64,000 nucleotides of DNA from NCBI GenBank assembly GCA_038087875.1, contig CM075999.1, positions 1,428,001 through 1,492,000 of the forward strand, written 5' to 3'. The number at the start of each line of letters is the position of its first letter. Positions within the stretch are counted from its first letter, which is position 1. A program made the translations under genes and the position numbers. The notes beneath the pieces are model-generated. The model was not told where the DNA came from and made no database searches. It was given only the letters and a program-made list of their open reading frames with translations. The DNA comes from Malacoraja senta (lineage: Eukaryota). Below are positions 25,209 to 37,168 of the stretch, piece after piece.

Positions 25209-25717
25209 GAGATGCAACACTTGTCCCTTCACCTCCCTCCTCGACTCCATTCAAGGACCTAAGCAGTCGTTCCAGGTGCGACAGAGGTTCACCTGCATCT
25301 CCTCCAACCTCATCTATTGCATCCGCTGCTCTAGATGCCAGCTGATCTACATCGGTGAGACCAAGCGGAGGCTTGGCGATCGTTTCGCCGAACACATCCG
25401 GTCGGTCCGCAATAACCAACCTGACCTCCCGGTGGCTCAGCACTTCAACTCCCCCTCCCATTCCGCATCTGACCTCTCCGTCCTGGGTCTCCTCCATGGC
25501 CACAGCGAGCAACACCGGAAATTGGAGGAAATGCACCTCATATTCCGCTTGGGCAGTCTACATCCTGGGGGCTTGAACATTGAATTCTCCCAATTCTGCT
25601 AGCCCTTGCTGTCCCTTCCCCTCCCCTTCATCAGCCCTCTGGTTGTCTCCTCCCCTCCCCCAGCCCTCGGGCTCCTCCTCCGCCTTTTTTCCTTTCTTCT
25701 CCCCACCCCCTATCAGT

Positions 25718-25746
25718 CCGAAGAAGGATTTTGGCCCGAAACGTTG
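25718..25746 (+). ncRNA. Degenerate minimal hammerhead-ribozyme-like motif in the Penelope 3' terminus
   Basis: CCGAAGA-A-GGAT-TTTG-GCCC-GAAA-CGTT; the consensus of other copies is CTGAAGA-A-GGGT-CTCG-ACCC-GAAA-CGTC. Confidence 0.5.
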
Positions 25747-26252
25747 CCTATTTCCTTCGCTCCATAGATGCTGCTGCACCCGCTGAGTTTCTCCAGCATT
25801 TTTGTGTACCTTCGATTTTCCAGCATCTGCAGTTCCTTCTTTAACAAGATTTACATATTAGTTTGATTAAAATTCTGTGAAGATTAAGAGGGCAAATCGC
25901 AGTGACGTCTTTTTTTTTAATGCTTTCCCTCCCTACGAGGAACAGTCTTACTCCTCTACCGGATCCCACTGCTGAGGGAGTGTCTTAAATTCTAACAGAG
26001 CCACTCCAAAAAGATTACATATTTTTCTGCCACAAATTCAGTGGTCTGTAGGCATTTACAATTGTTTCTGCTTTGTATTTCAATATTCAAGAATTGGAAA
26101 CAATTTCCTTCCAGTTGTTCTGTGAATCTGGTATCTTGAGAAAAGCTACTATAAGTCAGCCACCATGAGAGGGCAGCCTATGACAACAATAATTTCACAG
26201 AAATTGGCTTCATCATAACAGAACAAGGCGGGTTTATTTTTATTAATCATTC

Positions 26253-26545
26253 GGTGGCACGGTGGCACAGCGGGTACAGTTGCTGCCTTCCAGCACCAGA
26301 GACCCAGGTTCGATCTTGACTATGGGTGCTGTCTGTACAGAGTTTGTACGTTCTCCCCGTGACCTACGTGGGGTTTCTCCGGGATCTCTAGTTTCCTCCC
26401 ACACTCCAAAGACGTACAGGTTTGTAGGTTAATTGACTTGGTTAAATTGTCCCGTGTAGGATAACGTTAGCGTGCAGGGATCGCTGGTCGGCGTGGACGC
26501 GACGGGCCGAAGGGCCTGTTTCCGCACTGTATCTCTGAACTAAAC
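26253..26545 (+). mobile_element. tRNA-derived SINE (HE1/V-SINE-like)
   Basis: Well-preserved copy: B box GGTTCGATC, central domain, CR1-type tail. Confidence 0.88.
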
Positions 26546-28291
26546 AATGGATGTGGACATTGCTTGTGATCTAGCATTTCCTCCTCATCTTTAACTGTCC
26601 TGAAATCAAGTCACCAGTTAAACATCAACCACAATGATGGCAGAAGACTCAGATAGATGCAAGGATGGCAGATTTCATTCCCCAAAGGACAATGGCGATC
26701 TAGACAGATTTTCACCACGATTCAGTAGCTTTGTGCTTCTCGCTAATGAAACCCAGATTTAACTGCGTGAATTTATTTTCCCATTGAGTTTTAAACTAAG
26801 AGTTTCTGATTCAGTGGTCCAGAACTCTGGCTGTTAATCCAGTCATTTAACCAGTGCACTACCACATCAATAATTTAACCCATATTATGCTCTCACCTTA
26901 TTTCACAACTTTATTTGAGTATCCTTGCATGGTATCATACCTCCTAATCTTAAACAGTCTCCTCACTGGGGCTGGAGTCCATACAATTCTGACCTTATTG
27001 CCTGTGGCCATTCAATATCATCAACTGGTTGCATTTCATGCTTTTAACATCAGAAACATCGCAAGGGAGAATATAAGGCATCATTTAGCAGCAAATCATA
27101 AATCAGAACACAAGAAAATGGAGTAGTCGGTCATTCAGCCCTTTGAGCTCGGCCCTGATCAGTAAAAACACGGCTACGCTACTTTTTGGCTTTAACTTAA
27201 TTTTCTGCCCGATCATCATTACCTTCTAAACTCCAGAAATTCAACATTCTCATTCTTGAATATACTTAAATGCCTCAGCATTCATAGCTTACTAGGATAG
27301 AAAATTCCAAGGGAGGGACATTTTTTATTTTAGGATGAAGTGGCTGATCCCCGTGAGACTTTGTCCCTCAGTTCTTTAATGCACCAACAGGGCAAATGTC
27401 CTCATTGCATACCCGCTGAAACTTACATGCCTCAGTACAATTACCTCTCATTCTCGTAAATCCGTAAGAAAACAATATCATTCTGCTCAACTGGGATAGA
27501 AGGTATAAAGTAAGAGAGAGGGGCCAACGGGTTTAGAAAAGCAAATCTGGAGGCCCAGATGGACTGATTCACAACTCCAAACGGTGGCGTGAAGGAAATC
27601 TAGGATGTGGAAATGGAGGAGCATAGAGAAAAGGCATTTCAAGTTTACACAGCTCGGCAGGGGTGAGGCTGTCAACAGCATAATCTCCTGTGCACTGATC
27701 CTGTTCTGCAGCTTGTGCAATCACCAAACAGCAACAAAATAAAAATGATCTTTTGTCACGTGGATTAGGCGGTTACAGCACATTCCAATGAGCGAGTCTC
27801 TTACCCTGTGCTTCCCCTTTACCCTAGAGGGTGGGGTGAGCAGCAAGAGTGAAACAAGTGTCTTGTAAAGCAAAATAGCCCTTCCACCAGACTCACACAG
27901 AAGCGGATCCTGCTACAAGTCCCATGAGAAACATATAGAATATTTACATTTTATACATGTCAGGGATTATGGAAAGATAGCAGGAGAATGGGGTTAGGCG
28001 GGAGAGATAGATCAGCTATGATTGAATGGTGGAATAGACGTGATGGGCCGAATGGCCTAATACTGCTCCTATCACTTATCGCCTAATGACATTACTATCC
28101 ATTGAGAAAATAATGTGACTGATCAATAATCGCAGAACTACGTTATAATAGATTTGAAATTAGTGATCCAATAATTGTGAAAATTACTCCAATTATAGAC
28201 AATGATAATGATTTCAATTTACTTCTTGTATAGATGTTTTTAATGCAGCAATACAACATAAAATTTGTCACCAACTGACAAGGAAAAATGT

Positions 28292-28490
28292 AGAAACAAC
28301 GAACTCCAGATACTGGTTTCTAAAAATAGACACAAAGTGCTGGGGTAACTCAGCGGATCAGGCAGCATCTCTGGAGAACACCGGTAGATGACATTTCGGG
28401 TCTGAAGAAGGGTTCTGGCCCGAAATGTCATCTATCAATGTTCTGCAGAGATGCTGCCTGACCTGCTGAATTACTGGAACACTTTGTGCC
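28292..28490. mobile_element. Fold-back Penelope-terminus mini-element
   Basis: Inverted arms; core CTGAAGAAGGGTTCTGGCCCGAAATGTC at 28402-28429. Confidence 0.8.
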
Positions 28491-29156
28491 TTTCTTTTGA
28501 CTGAAGTGGATACAAGGAGGTTTTAAGTACCTTCTTAAATCAGAAGGGGAGAGAGGCAGAAAGCTTAGAGAAGAAATTCCATGGGTAGGGCCAAGACAGG
28601 TAAATGCAAAACATTCTGTGGTACGTCAGAGGCACATTTATTGAACAAAATTTAAATGACAAATAAGGACTGATGACTGGCTTTAAACTGCAATCTGGGG
28701 TATTAGTAAAGGGTAAATCAGAGCTGACTTGATAGGTTGCCTTTTACAGGTGGCAAGGCAAGGCAAAGATGGGGCGGGAGGGGCAGGGAACAGGGAAGAC
28801 GTTTTGAGAAAAAACCCGACAAATAACGCAAAGGAAAATAATGGAAGATGCACGTTTTGGACATCATAATAATCTGCACTGTTAGATTTAGGATCCAAAG
28901 TGAAATAAATGGCAGCTCAGCTCTTGCTCACTCGTGATTGCAAGACTTAGTGACGGTGTTAATACTATTTAAAGTATCGGATTTCAAAATCCTGACTGAG
29001 TGCACCAGAAAAACAGGTTCTGCTAGAAAAGGTGATCTAATGCAATATGAACGTTCTATTCCAAGTATGTAGTGGAGCGCAACATAGAGAAGGGCGGCAC
29101 AAAATGCTGGAGTAACTCAGCGGGTGAGGCAGCATCTGTGGAGAGAAGGAATGGGT

Positions 29157-29184
29157 GATGTTTCGGGTCGAGACCCTTCTTCAG
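29157..29184 (-). ncRNA. Minimal hammerhead-ribozyme-like motif, intact core, sense to the PHACTR4-strand transcript
   Basis: Minus strand: CTGAAGA A GGGT CTCG ACCC GAAA C ATC, followed by ACCCAT. Confidence 0.6.
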
Positions 29185-29329
29185 ACTGATGTCAGAAGGG
29201 CAGTCAGACCCTCATGCTTGCGCGTCATTTAGCAGGATCAGGATTAGTGAGTTTATAACTCACCATCACTTTTCTAGACTCACCCCTTATCCATTGATCC
29301 CACTAAAGTTTGCCTTGAATATACCAGTG

Positions 29330-29638
29330 CTTAGTTTAGTTTGGAGATATAGCAGGGTAACAGGTCCACCATCGAGTAGGCCATCGATCATCATTTACAC
29401 TAGTTCTATGTTATCCCACTTGCTCACCACCCTCTGCACACCAGGGCAATTTACAGAGGTTAGACCTACAAACCCACATGTGTTTGGGATGTGGGAGGAA
29501 ACGGGAGCATCCAAAGGAAACCCACGTGGTCACCGATAGAACATGCAATCTCCAGAGACAGCATCCAAGGTCAGGATTGAACCAGGGCCTCTTGCACTGT
29601 AAGGCAGCAGCTCGACCAGCTGAGCCACTGTGTCGCCC
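29330..29638 (-). mobile_element. tRNA-derived SINE (HE1/V-SINE-like)
   Basis: Reverse complement of the SINE consensus seen at 26253-26545. Confidence 0.8.
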
Positions 29639-30589
29639 ATTCCTGGATTTTGCACAAGTTACACTGGTAGACAACATGAGAGCTTTACTCTGCACTGAAA
29701 CTTAGACATAACCAGGAGAGTGCTCAGTTTGGTGTCCAAATTGCCAGAAATTCATTCACAGAGTAACATTTCTCACACCTGGTTAAACCTAAGAAGAGTA
29801 TCAAAATAAATTGACAGGAAACACAAGCTGAACACAGAGGGAACTGGGGAAAATGGAGAGCACCAAGTCAAGCTCCAAGCTGCTCTCCAGTAGTTACATT
29901 TGATCAGGCCTCACAAAGGATTAACCCATACAACAAGCGGGCAGCAACAGGGACCTTGCAACAACCAATTGCAGATGGAAATCACCAGCATGGCGGTCGT
30001 GCCATCCCAAGGAAGTTTATGGCTTGGGTAACAGTGGAGGAGACAATAGAGGGGGGGGGGGAAAACAGTATTTTTGGGAACTCTACACAATAAATTTAAG
30101 ATTGAAAATTTAGATTATTTTTGTCACAAATTAGCATTGCACACTCAAAAGGTGTTCACAGTGTCCAAGAAGAACCAAGAAGAACAGCTGCCAATCAGAA
30201 AATAGAGCAAACCCATCTTTGGGGTAACCATTATATTTGTAAATTGCTGGACCATGTGTTCAATATTAAACCAAAATGTAAACAGCAGCCACAGTACTTC
30301 CAGGGTGAGAAAGAACATACCATCTACAAACCATAACAGCATGACTACAGCCAAGGGCTGTTGTCCAGCTACACCCATGCAATCTGTCACTAGGCTGCAC
30401 GTATTGTTCGAGAAACATGCACGTTTTTACCAAAACATTTTGGGATTCTGCCAGTCACAGTGACAGGGAACTGGTCTTGGTGTCAATATACAGACTGGAA
30501 TATTTGCTACTTCTATTCAGCAGTTATTCTAATCACACGAGAAAGGGCCCAAATAGCTGTAGAGGGTGCAGAGAGATTTGGACATTAAA

Positions 30590-30826
30590 GACAAAGTGCT
30601 GGAGTAACTCAGGAGGTCAGGTAGCATCTCTGAGGTTAATACACAAAGGGAGAGAAGGTTCTCTCCCCCCCCCCCCCCCCCCCCACACACACCAATCTGA
30701 AGAAGGGTCTCAACCCAAATTGTCACCTATCCATCTTCCCCAGTTATGCTGCCTGACTTGCTGAGGTACTCTAGCACTTTGTATCCCTTTGTGTATTAAC
30801 CCACATCTGCAGCTCTTTGTTTCTAT
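30590..30826. mobile_element. Fold-back Penelope-terminus mini-element with a poly-C spacer
   Basis: Inverted arms gacaaagtgctggagtaactcag / ctgaggtactctagcactttgt. Confidence 0.75.
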
Positions 30827-31691
30827 ACCTCGTGAGGACATTGCTTGGGCTGGAATAGCTGGACTGCAGTTGTTTTCTTTGTGACAGCAGAGAGAGTGAG
30901 GAGATTTGAAGTACATTAAAAAATGAGAAGTCCAGACAGGGCGAACAGGAAGATTCCATTTCATCTAAGATTTAAGGTACACAGACAGAACACTTAGAGT
31001 GAAGTTGAATGAAGATGTTTTCACTCAAAGAATGGTGGGGGTCTCGATTCCACTGCCTGATGTAAAAAGAAAACTGATGAAGAACTGAAAAAGTCTGAAG
31101 AAGGGTCTCACCCATTCCTTCTCTCCAGAGATGCTGCCTGTCCCGGCTGAGTTACTCCAGCTTTTTATGTCTATCTTCAAAAAGAAAACATAACTGATTT
31201 GTAATGTCTGCTATAACTACAAAGCAAAAAAAAGCTGGGGAGTGGCATTAGTGACAATGGTTATTTTTCGCTTGGTAAGGACATAATGAGACAAACTATC
31301 TCCTTAACTGCCATAGTATTCAATAATTGCGGTAAGATCCTTCCTTTGCAGTGTTCATTGGAAAGTGCCAGCCAGATTCAGTTGGCAACTCTCCTATTTC
31401 TTAGTCAGAAGACCTAGGTGGGTAAGACCTATCTGTTTGCAAAGCTTTGGAATTCGATCCTTAAACTCTCCTAAAAAAACCTCCTTAAAACCTATACTCA
31501 TAATATCTCCTCACGTGGGTGGGTGGGTGCCAAGTGTTGTTTGGTATCAATCTTACAAAGTGTCTTGGGATGGTTTACTGCAGGAAAACAATGTATACCT
31601 GAAAGTTGCTCTTCACAGAGCAGTGCAATTTGTGAACAAGCAACCCTCTCCAATACCATCGATGTGCTGCACTGAGAAGTTACATTACAGA

Positions 31692-31705
31692 CCACCAGGT
31701 GGCGC
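31692..31705 (+). promoter_or_regulatory. CTCF-consensus-like site
   Basis: CCACCAGGTGGCGC matches the CCASYAGRKGGCRS core. Motif match only. Confidence 0.4.
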
Positions 31706-32388
31706 TGAACGATGGCTGCCTCGCCAACGGTCTGTCTTGTCTTCATCCGTTGTGTTTTAGACTGTTGTAAAATGTATGTTTTGGTTTATCTTGTATTATG
31801 TGGAGGGTGGTGGGGTAAACCTTTTTAAAAATCTTTTTCCTCGACGGAGATGCGCCTTTTCCGTGTCGTATCTCTGTCCGCACTGCGGCCTAACATCGTG
31901 GAGTTGGCGGCCTCTTGCTGGGGATCGACCTTGGGAGCTCCATCCGCGGGAGCCTGCGGATTAACATCGTGGAGCTGGCGGTCCCTGTCGGGAATCAACC
32001 TCGGGGGCTCCAACCGCGGGAGCCTGCGGACTTTAACATCGTGGAGCTCGCGGTCCCTGATTAGGGACCGGCTTTGGGAGCTCCGAGCCACAGGAGCTTT
32101 ACCCCCCTGATCACGGAAGTTTCGATCGCCGACTGCGGGAGCTAAAATCGCGCCGACTGCGGATGGTTCAACTCCCCCAACCGCGGGAGAAAAGGGGGAA
32201 AGAAGATAAGACTTTATTGCCTTCCATCACATTGGGGAATGTGGAGGAGCCGCTGTGGCGGATGTTTATGTCCAATTTTTATGTAATTGTGTGTCTTGGT
32301 GCTTTTTTTGGTATGACTATGGCAAATCAAATTCCTCATATGTTGCAAAATATACTTGGCTAATAAATTATGATTATGAGTATTATTA
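31698..32388 (+). mobile_element. CpG-rich non-coding retroposon-like element with three ~72-bp internal tandem units and a LINE-like tail
   Basis: Units start TAACATCGTGGAG at 31891, 31962 and 32034. Ends ...cttggctAATAAAttatgattatgagtattatt. Confidence 0.6.
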
Positions 32389-33504
32389 TATTAGGCATCC
32401 ATGTACTATTGGGAGTGAATGGAAAGAATCTTGCAGTACTATTTAAAGAAAACAAAATCCGCTCTGTTTTCTGACCAATACTTAAGCTTCAGCCACTAAC
32501 ACTGAAATATATCATTGCTGCTTGTAGAAGTTTGCTGCATGGAAGTTGGCAGGTGCTTTATCTGCATTACAATGGAAAATACACGTTAAATTACTTCATT
32601 GATTGCACAGTATTGTACTTTGTGATGTCCTCAGGTCACAAAAGCTTAAGTCACTGGTGTTGAAACCACAAGTTTCCGAATGAGAAGGGATGTCAGTGAA
32701 TTATGGATTAGTTACTATAATAACGGTCCTCAGGAAACATTGGTCTATAATTAATGATAGTTATTATCCGGCCTTCCAGGAGACTTACTGTATGATAAAA
32801 TCATTTACAGAAGACTGTTAGCGGGAGTTGAACCTCAACAAAACCAAAAATAAATTATTGATCTTGTCAAGAAGTTGGCTGAGAGGCAGGAAATAGTATA
32901 GGAAAATCAAGGTGGTTCTCCAATTTGCAGAATGAGTCAGTGCTCCCAGCCCACTGTCTTTCAATATATTCGTCTTTTTATTAGTAGCTTAATTGACGGT
33001 TTTAAACCAACAACACTAGATTGCCTTTCTAGGCAGTGTCATGGATGAAAGGATGAAATTGTACATTGGATAATTGGGAAAGTCCAAACTTTGACATGGA
33101 TTTCAATGTAGGCAACAGACCAAAATAGGACAGAATTATTGAAATCATGAGAAGCTTAAAACGACAGAGTTTATGGATCAATATTAAAATGTCAAAAAAT
33201 AAAACAGAAAGATATGCAAATATTCAGCAGGTCAGTTAATGTCTGCAGGAATGTGAAAAATAAAATTAACATTTTAGGTGCTACCACAAATGCAGACTAA
33301 GCTTAGCTTTTTCAGCATGTTCTATTTTACTTCAGATTTCCAGCATCTTTATAATTATGCTGTGGCATTGAATATAGATAAGGATATGAAGTAATCAGAT
33401 AGTGTGATGAAGCACTGGCCTTTAGATATTAAGGACTAAAATACATGGGGTAAACAATGTGCAGAAGTTACTCTGCAACTATGCCAAGCACTGGTTGACC
33501 ACAT

Positions 33505-33815
33505 CTTACTCACACCGCAGGTGTATGGTGGAGAGCATTTTGACTGGTTTCATCGTGGTCTAGTTGGCAACTCGAGCACCCAGGAATGAAGGAGACTACA
33601 AAGTGGTGAATGCTGCCCTGTCTATCGTGGGTACTAACCTCCCACCATTGCAAGGATCAAAAGAGGCGTTGACTCAAAAAAAGCAGCCAGCACAATCAAA
33701 GACCCACACCACCCTGGCCACACTCTCATTTTACACTTGCAATTGTGAAGAAGATACAGGAGTCTGTAAACTGTAACATCCAGGTGCAGGAACAACTTCT
33801 TCCCAACAACCATCA
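33505..33815 (+). mobile_element. Degraded Rex1/Babar-like fragment
   Basis: gtggtggagagcattttgactgg...aaagacccacaccaccctggccacactctc...aacaacttcttccc. Confidence 0.65.
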
Positions 33816-35991
33816 TGCGAAATGTTGAGCTCATCAGATGTACAAGATGTAAATTGATGTTTCGAGTACAATCCTGCATCAGGACTATTTTTACTTAATG
33901 GTTCCACTGGTTCTCAATCTCTCCATTATTCTTTCCTATTTTTTCAAGAGAGATTTACTCTCACCAATAAACTCAGAAATACGGCACTTCTAGCCTAAAA
34001 TATTGCTCAACTATAAAAGTTAGCTATTCCTGACACTGAACCCTGCCCCCGGTGCAGATGGAAGTCAATGCTCTGGCAATTATCCTGTTTTTGGAAATAA
34101 ATCTGCCCACTATTGAACTGACGTAGTTCAAAACACAGTGCCGGAGGAACTCAGCATGTCAGGCAGCATTTGGGGAGGGAACGGACAGATGAATCGAAAT
34201 GTCGGTGGATCATTCCCTCAGCAGATGCTACCTGACCCGCTGAATTCCGCTCGCACTTTGTTTTGCTCTAGATGCCAGCATCTTCATTCTCTGTGTCGTC
34301 CTGACTTGCATCAAAGTTCAGTTAAAAACTCGTCTCCAACCATGCTTCCACTCCCTATTCTACCCACATCTGCACATCACCCCCAACCCCCCCCCCCTTC
34401 GATAAACAAAGCTGCCAGATGAGAGCAAATGGCTGCTAACGTTGTCCAAGGGCAACTGGTGCGAGTTTGTTTTGTGTACTCATTTTCTATAGATACAGAA
34501 TATTAGAATTTGATGCCATGCTTATCACAGTCTCAGGAATGTCAAGGCTTCTTTTGAACCAATGCCCCAGTTTTGAGGAGTATTATCCACTGCAGCTGCA
34601 TCTGCATAAGTGAACAAGGAAGCACCAACACAACAGCATAACATCCCCGCAGTAGTATAAACAATTGATTACTCTGGTGGTACAACACGACAGCATCGCA
34701 GACTTCCTTCCAAAACTACCACGGGATCCTTTTAATATGAATACAGGGATACAAGTTGTTTAGGCTGAGTGTTTAAAGCTACTGGACCCAAGGCAATTTT
34801 ACAAAGATAGACACAAAGTGCTGGAGTACCTCAGTGGGTCAGGCAGCATCTCTGGAGAAAAAGGATGGGTGACGTTTCGGGGTGGGACCCTACAATTTAA
34901 CATAGGTTGGCTCCATTGATGCATCAATCATTTAATTGATGAATACATTATTTAATTGATGCATACATCAATTTAAAACATGACTGAACCATACTTGTCT
35001 GGTAGGTATGAGCTACCTGATCTCACGTGACACAGGGATCGTGCAACGGAGTGGGGCAGGAACGTGGTGGGGGGGGGGGAGGAGTTTGCTTCCTCGAGTT
35101 CAGCAAACAAATTCCTGCTGGCAAGCGCAAGCTGAGGTTTGACCATCCTTGATGAATCAGCCTTTCGACACTGACAAACCCTACAGGTTTACATAAGATG
35201 AGTAGGATGAGGTTCTGCATGGCAAGTGGTGCCTAAGGAATTGCACTCAGCAGGGAGTCACAATCTTGCTCAGCTGATTGTTAACGGCAACAAGAAATGA
35301 TCTATCCTTCTGCAGTAACGTCCCCATTTTAAGCTCCTGTGAAATTGGTTTATAGTGAGATCGGTCTGGATGAGCCTCTTCCCGGAGAGAGAGGGAGACG
35401 GGACACCAGGAAGAAGAGACGGCATTAGGAGCAGAGGCGTCAAAGCACACTGACCACAAATGCAACACAAATTCGTGACAGAGAATGAGGAAACAGAGGA
35501 AATTACAGACAGAACGCTTCATAAAATTGGCATGGATAACATTTGGGACATCATGAATGATGAACGTTGCAACAACAGAGAATCTTCTGCACCAAAAAAT
35601 ATTTGTTTACTTATTAAGACACAGGAGGTCATTTAGCCCATCAAATTCATTTCAACTCCTAGCCCGGCAATCCCATCAGTCCGGTTCTCCTTCTCCACAT
35701 TTTCCCTGCAGCCCTTCAACTTAGTGTTTTTCACATGCCCATCAACTCTCTAAATCTTTGTAAAGATGTCCTTTTTTCCTCTGCACTAAGGGGTAATCAG
35801 TTTATGTAACAGCACACCTTTAGGAGAAACTATGTAGTCACAGATTCCATACAGATAGCATCCAAAGTCAGGAGTGAACTCTAGTCCGTGGATCTATGAG
35901 ACATCAGCACAAATGCTGCACCACCAAGCTAACAGAGTTATGAACATCAATCTATTTCGTAAAGCATTTAATTACAATAATCATCTGCATT

Positions 35992-36296
35992 TCTGCTCTC
36001 ACCCCAACCACAGACTGTTTACCCTCCTACCATCCGGGAGGCGCTACAGGTCTCTCCGTTGCCGGACCAGCAGGTCCAGGAACAGCTTCTTCCCTGCGGC
36101 GGTTACACTACTCAACACTGTACCTCAGTGACTGCCAATCACACCCCCCCCCCCGGACACTCCTCCCACCAGGATTTATTAGATTTATTTATTTACTGCT
36201 CATATTAATGTCGCTCTTCTAGGGAGATGCTAACTGCATTTCGTTGTCTCTGTACTGTACACTGCACAATGACAATAAAGTTGAATCTGAATCTGA
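35992..36296 (+). mobile_element. Rex1/Babar-like LINE 3' end
   Basis: SHPNHRLFTLLPSGRRYRSLRCRTSRSRNSFFPAAVTLLN; AATAAA plus (aatctg)n tail. Confidence 0.85.
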
Positions 36297-37122
36297 TTTA
36301 TTTAGCAACCCAATTAGAGTAATAAAGAGACACAGAGCTGTACAGAACAGAAAAAGCCCCTTCAGCCCACCTTCCCATGAGGGCAGTGACAGAATTATCA
36401 GACAATATTTCTATATCAAATGACATAAGGAGAAGCTTAGGAAGATGAATCAAAGTTTGGTCAAAAGCAGATTTGCACGTCCCTATTTCCCTGCCCCTGA
36501 GAATTTCCAGGGCTGGAGGAGGTTAGAGACAGAGACAGGAAAGAGATGGGAGAATTGTACAAACTTCATTATTAACTCAGCACTAGACGCAAAAACAAAA
36601 TATTTTTTTCTGGACAAAGTTAGTGCCTAATGGTTGTACTCCTTCATCCCAGTGTATAATTTAATCAATAATGAAGTACATACCAGAATATAGCTGAAAT
36701 AGAATTAAATAGCTGAATCCAGAGTACCGTTACCATCTCACACAGATTATTTAATTATTTAACAGAGTTCTGGAAAGAATGAAAATATTTCAAGTCTGTG
36801 CATCATTTTCATGTTAGAGAAAAACACTCACGATAATCAGACCTAGTATACCAATATGCCAACTAAGGATAGTATTTGCTATGGGTCAAACAAAGCCAAG
36901 AACCCCTTCAAATTCACCAAACTTCCTTTAAAAGCCACCAAATTAACTGCCAACATTTACTGCCTGTAAAACAGAGTGGGGTACAAAAATATTCAAAATT
37001 GATGGCACACCTTTAACACATTCTAGATGTCGAGCAGGAGGATCGAGGGAAGATAGGTAAAGCAAAATTAGGTGTGAAAGTGGCAACCACAGATCAAAAA
37101 ATGGAACTCAAAATAAACTTAC

Positions 37123-37168
37123 TTTCATTCTGAGACACCAGCTTTGTCACACAAGATGTACAAAACAT
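37123..37168 (-). CDS. Candidate (alternative) first coding exon of PHACTR4: MFCTSCVTKLVSQNE
   Basis: ATG at 37168, 46 nt open, ending A|GTAAGT (phase 1, compatible with the exon at 15488). Lies in non-repetitive sequence. No homology confirmation. Confidence 0.4.

Larger units (their letters stand above)
22244..25842 (+). mobile_element. Penelope-like retroelement (Neptune-type): RT + Cys linker + GIY-YIG endonuclease, frameshifted, interrupted by a Rex1 insertion
   Basis: VLSRGLTFVP, IKPADKGGAVVVW, FYLLPKIHKPDCPGRPIVS, MDVQSLYTSI, GVAMGTRMG, YLRYIDD, then C.KRCNTC and NLIYCIRCSRCQLIYIGETKRRLGDRFAEH; stop at 25602. Flanked by AACAAGATTT(G/A)CATATT at 22227-22243 and 25843-25859. Confidence 0.95.

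Noticed and set aside
27890..27935. Minus-strand ATG...GT|GTGAGT as a first exon (MGLVAGSAS)
   Set aside because: The donor is phase 2, incompatible with the phase-1 acceptor at 15488.
31891..32100. CRISPR-like repeat/spacer appearance
   Set aside because: Only three units, the 'spacers' are homologous to each other, there are no cas genes, and the context is vertebrate intronic DNA.
34915..34975. Short AT-rich ~20-bp tandem/palindromic repeats (also the 20-bp duplication at ~51988-52022)
   Set aside because: Ordinary slippage-type micro-duplications.
35020..35520. Unique, moderately GC-rich block with short ORFs; possible exon or enhancer
   Set aside because: No convincing splice sites or recognisable protein motif. 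It may be regulatory, but sequence alone does not support a call.
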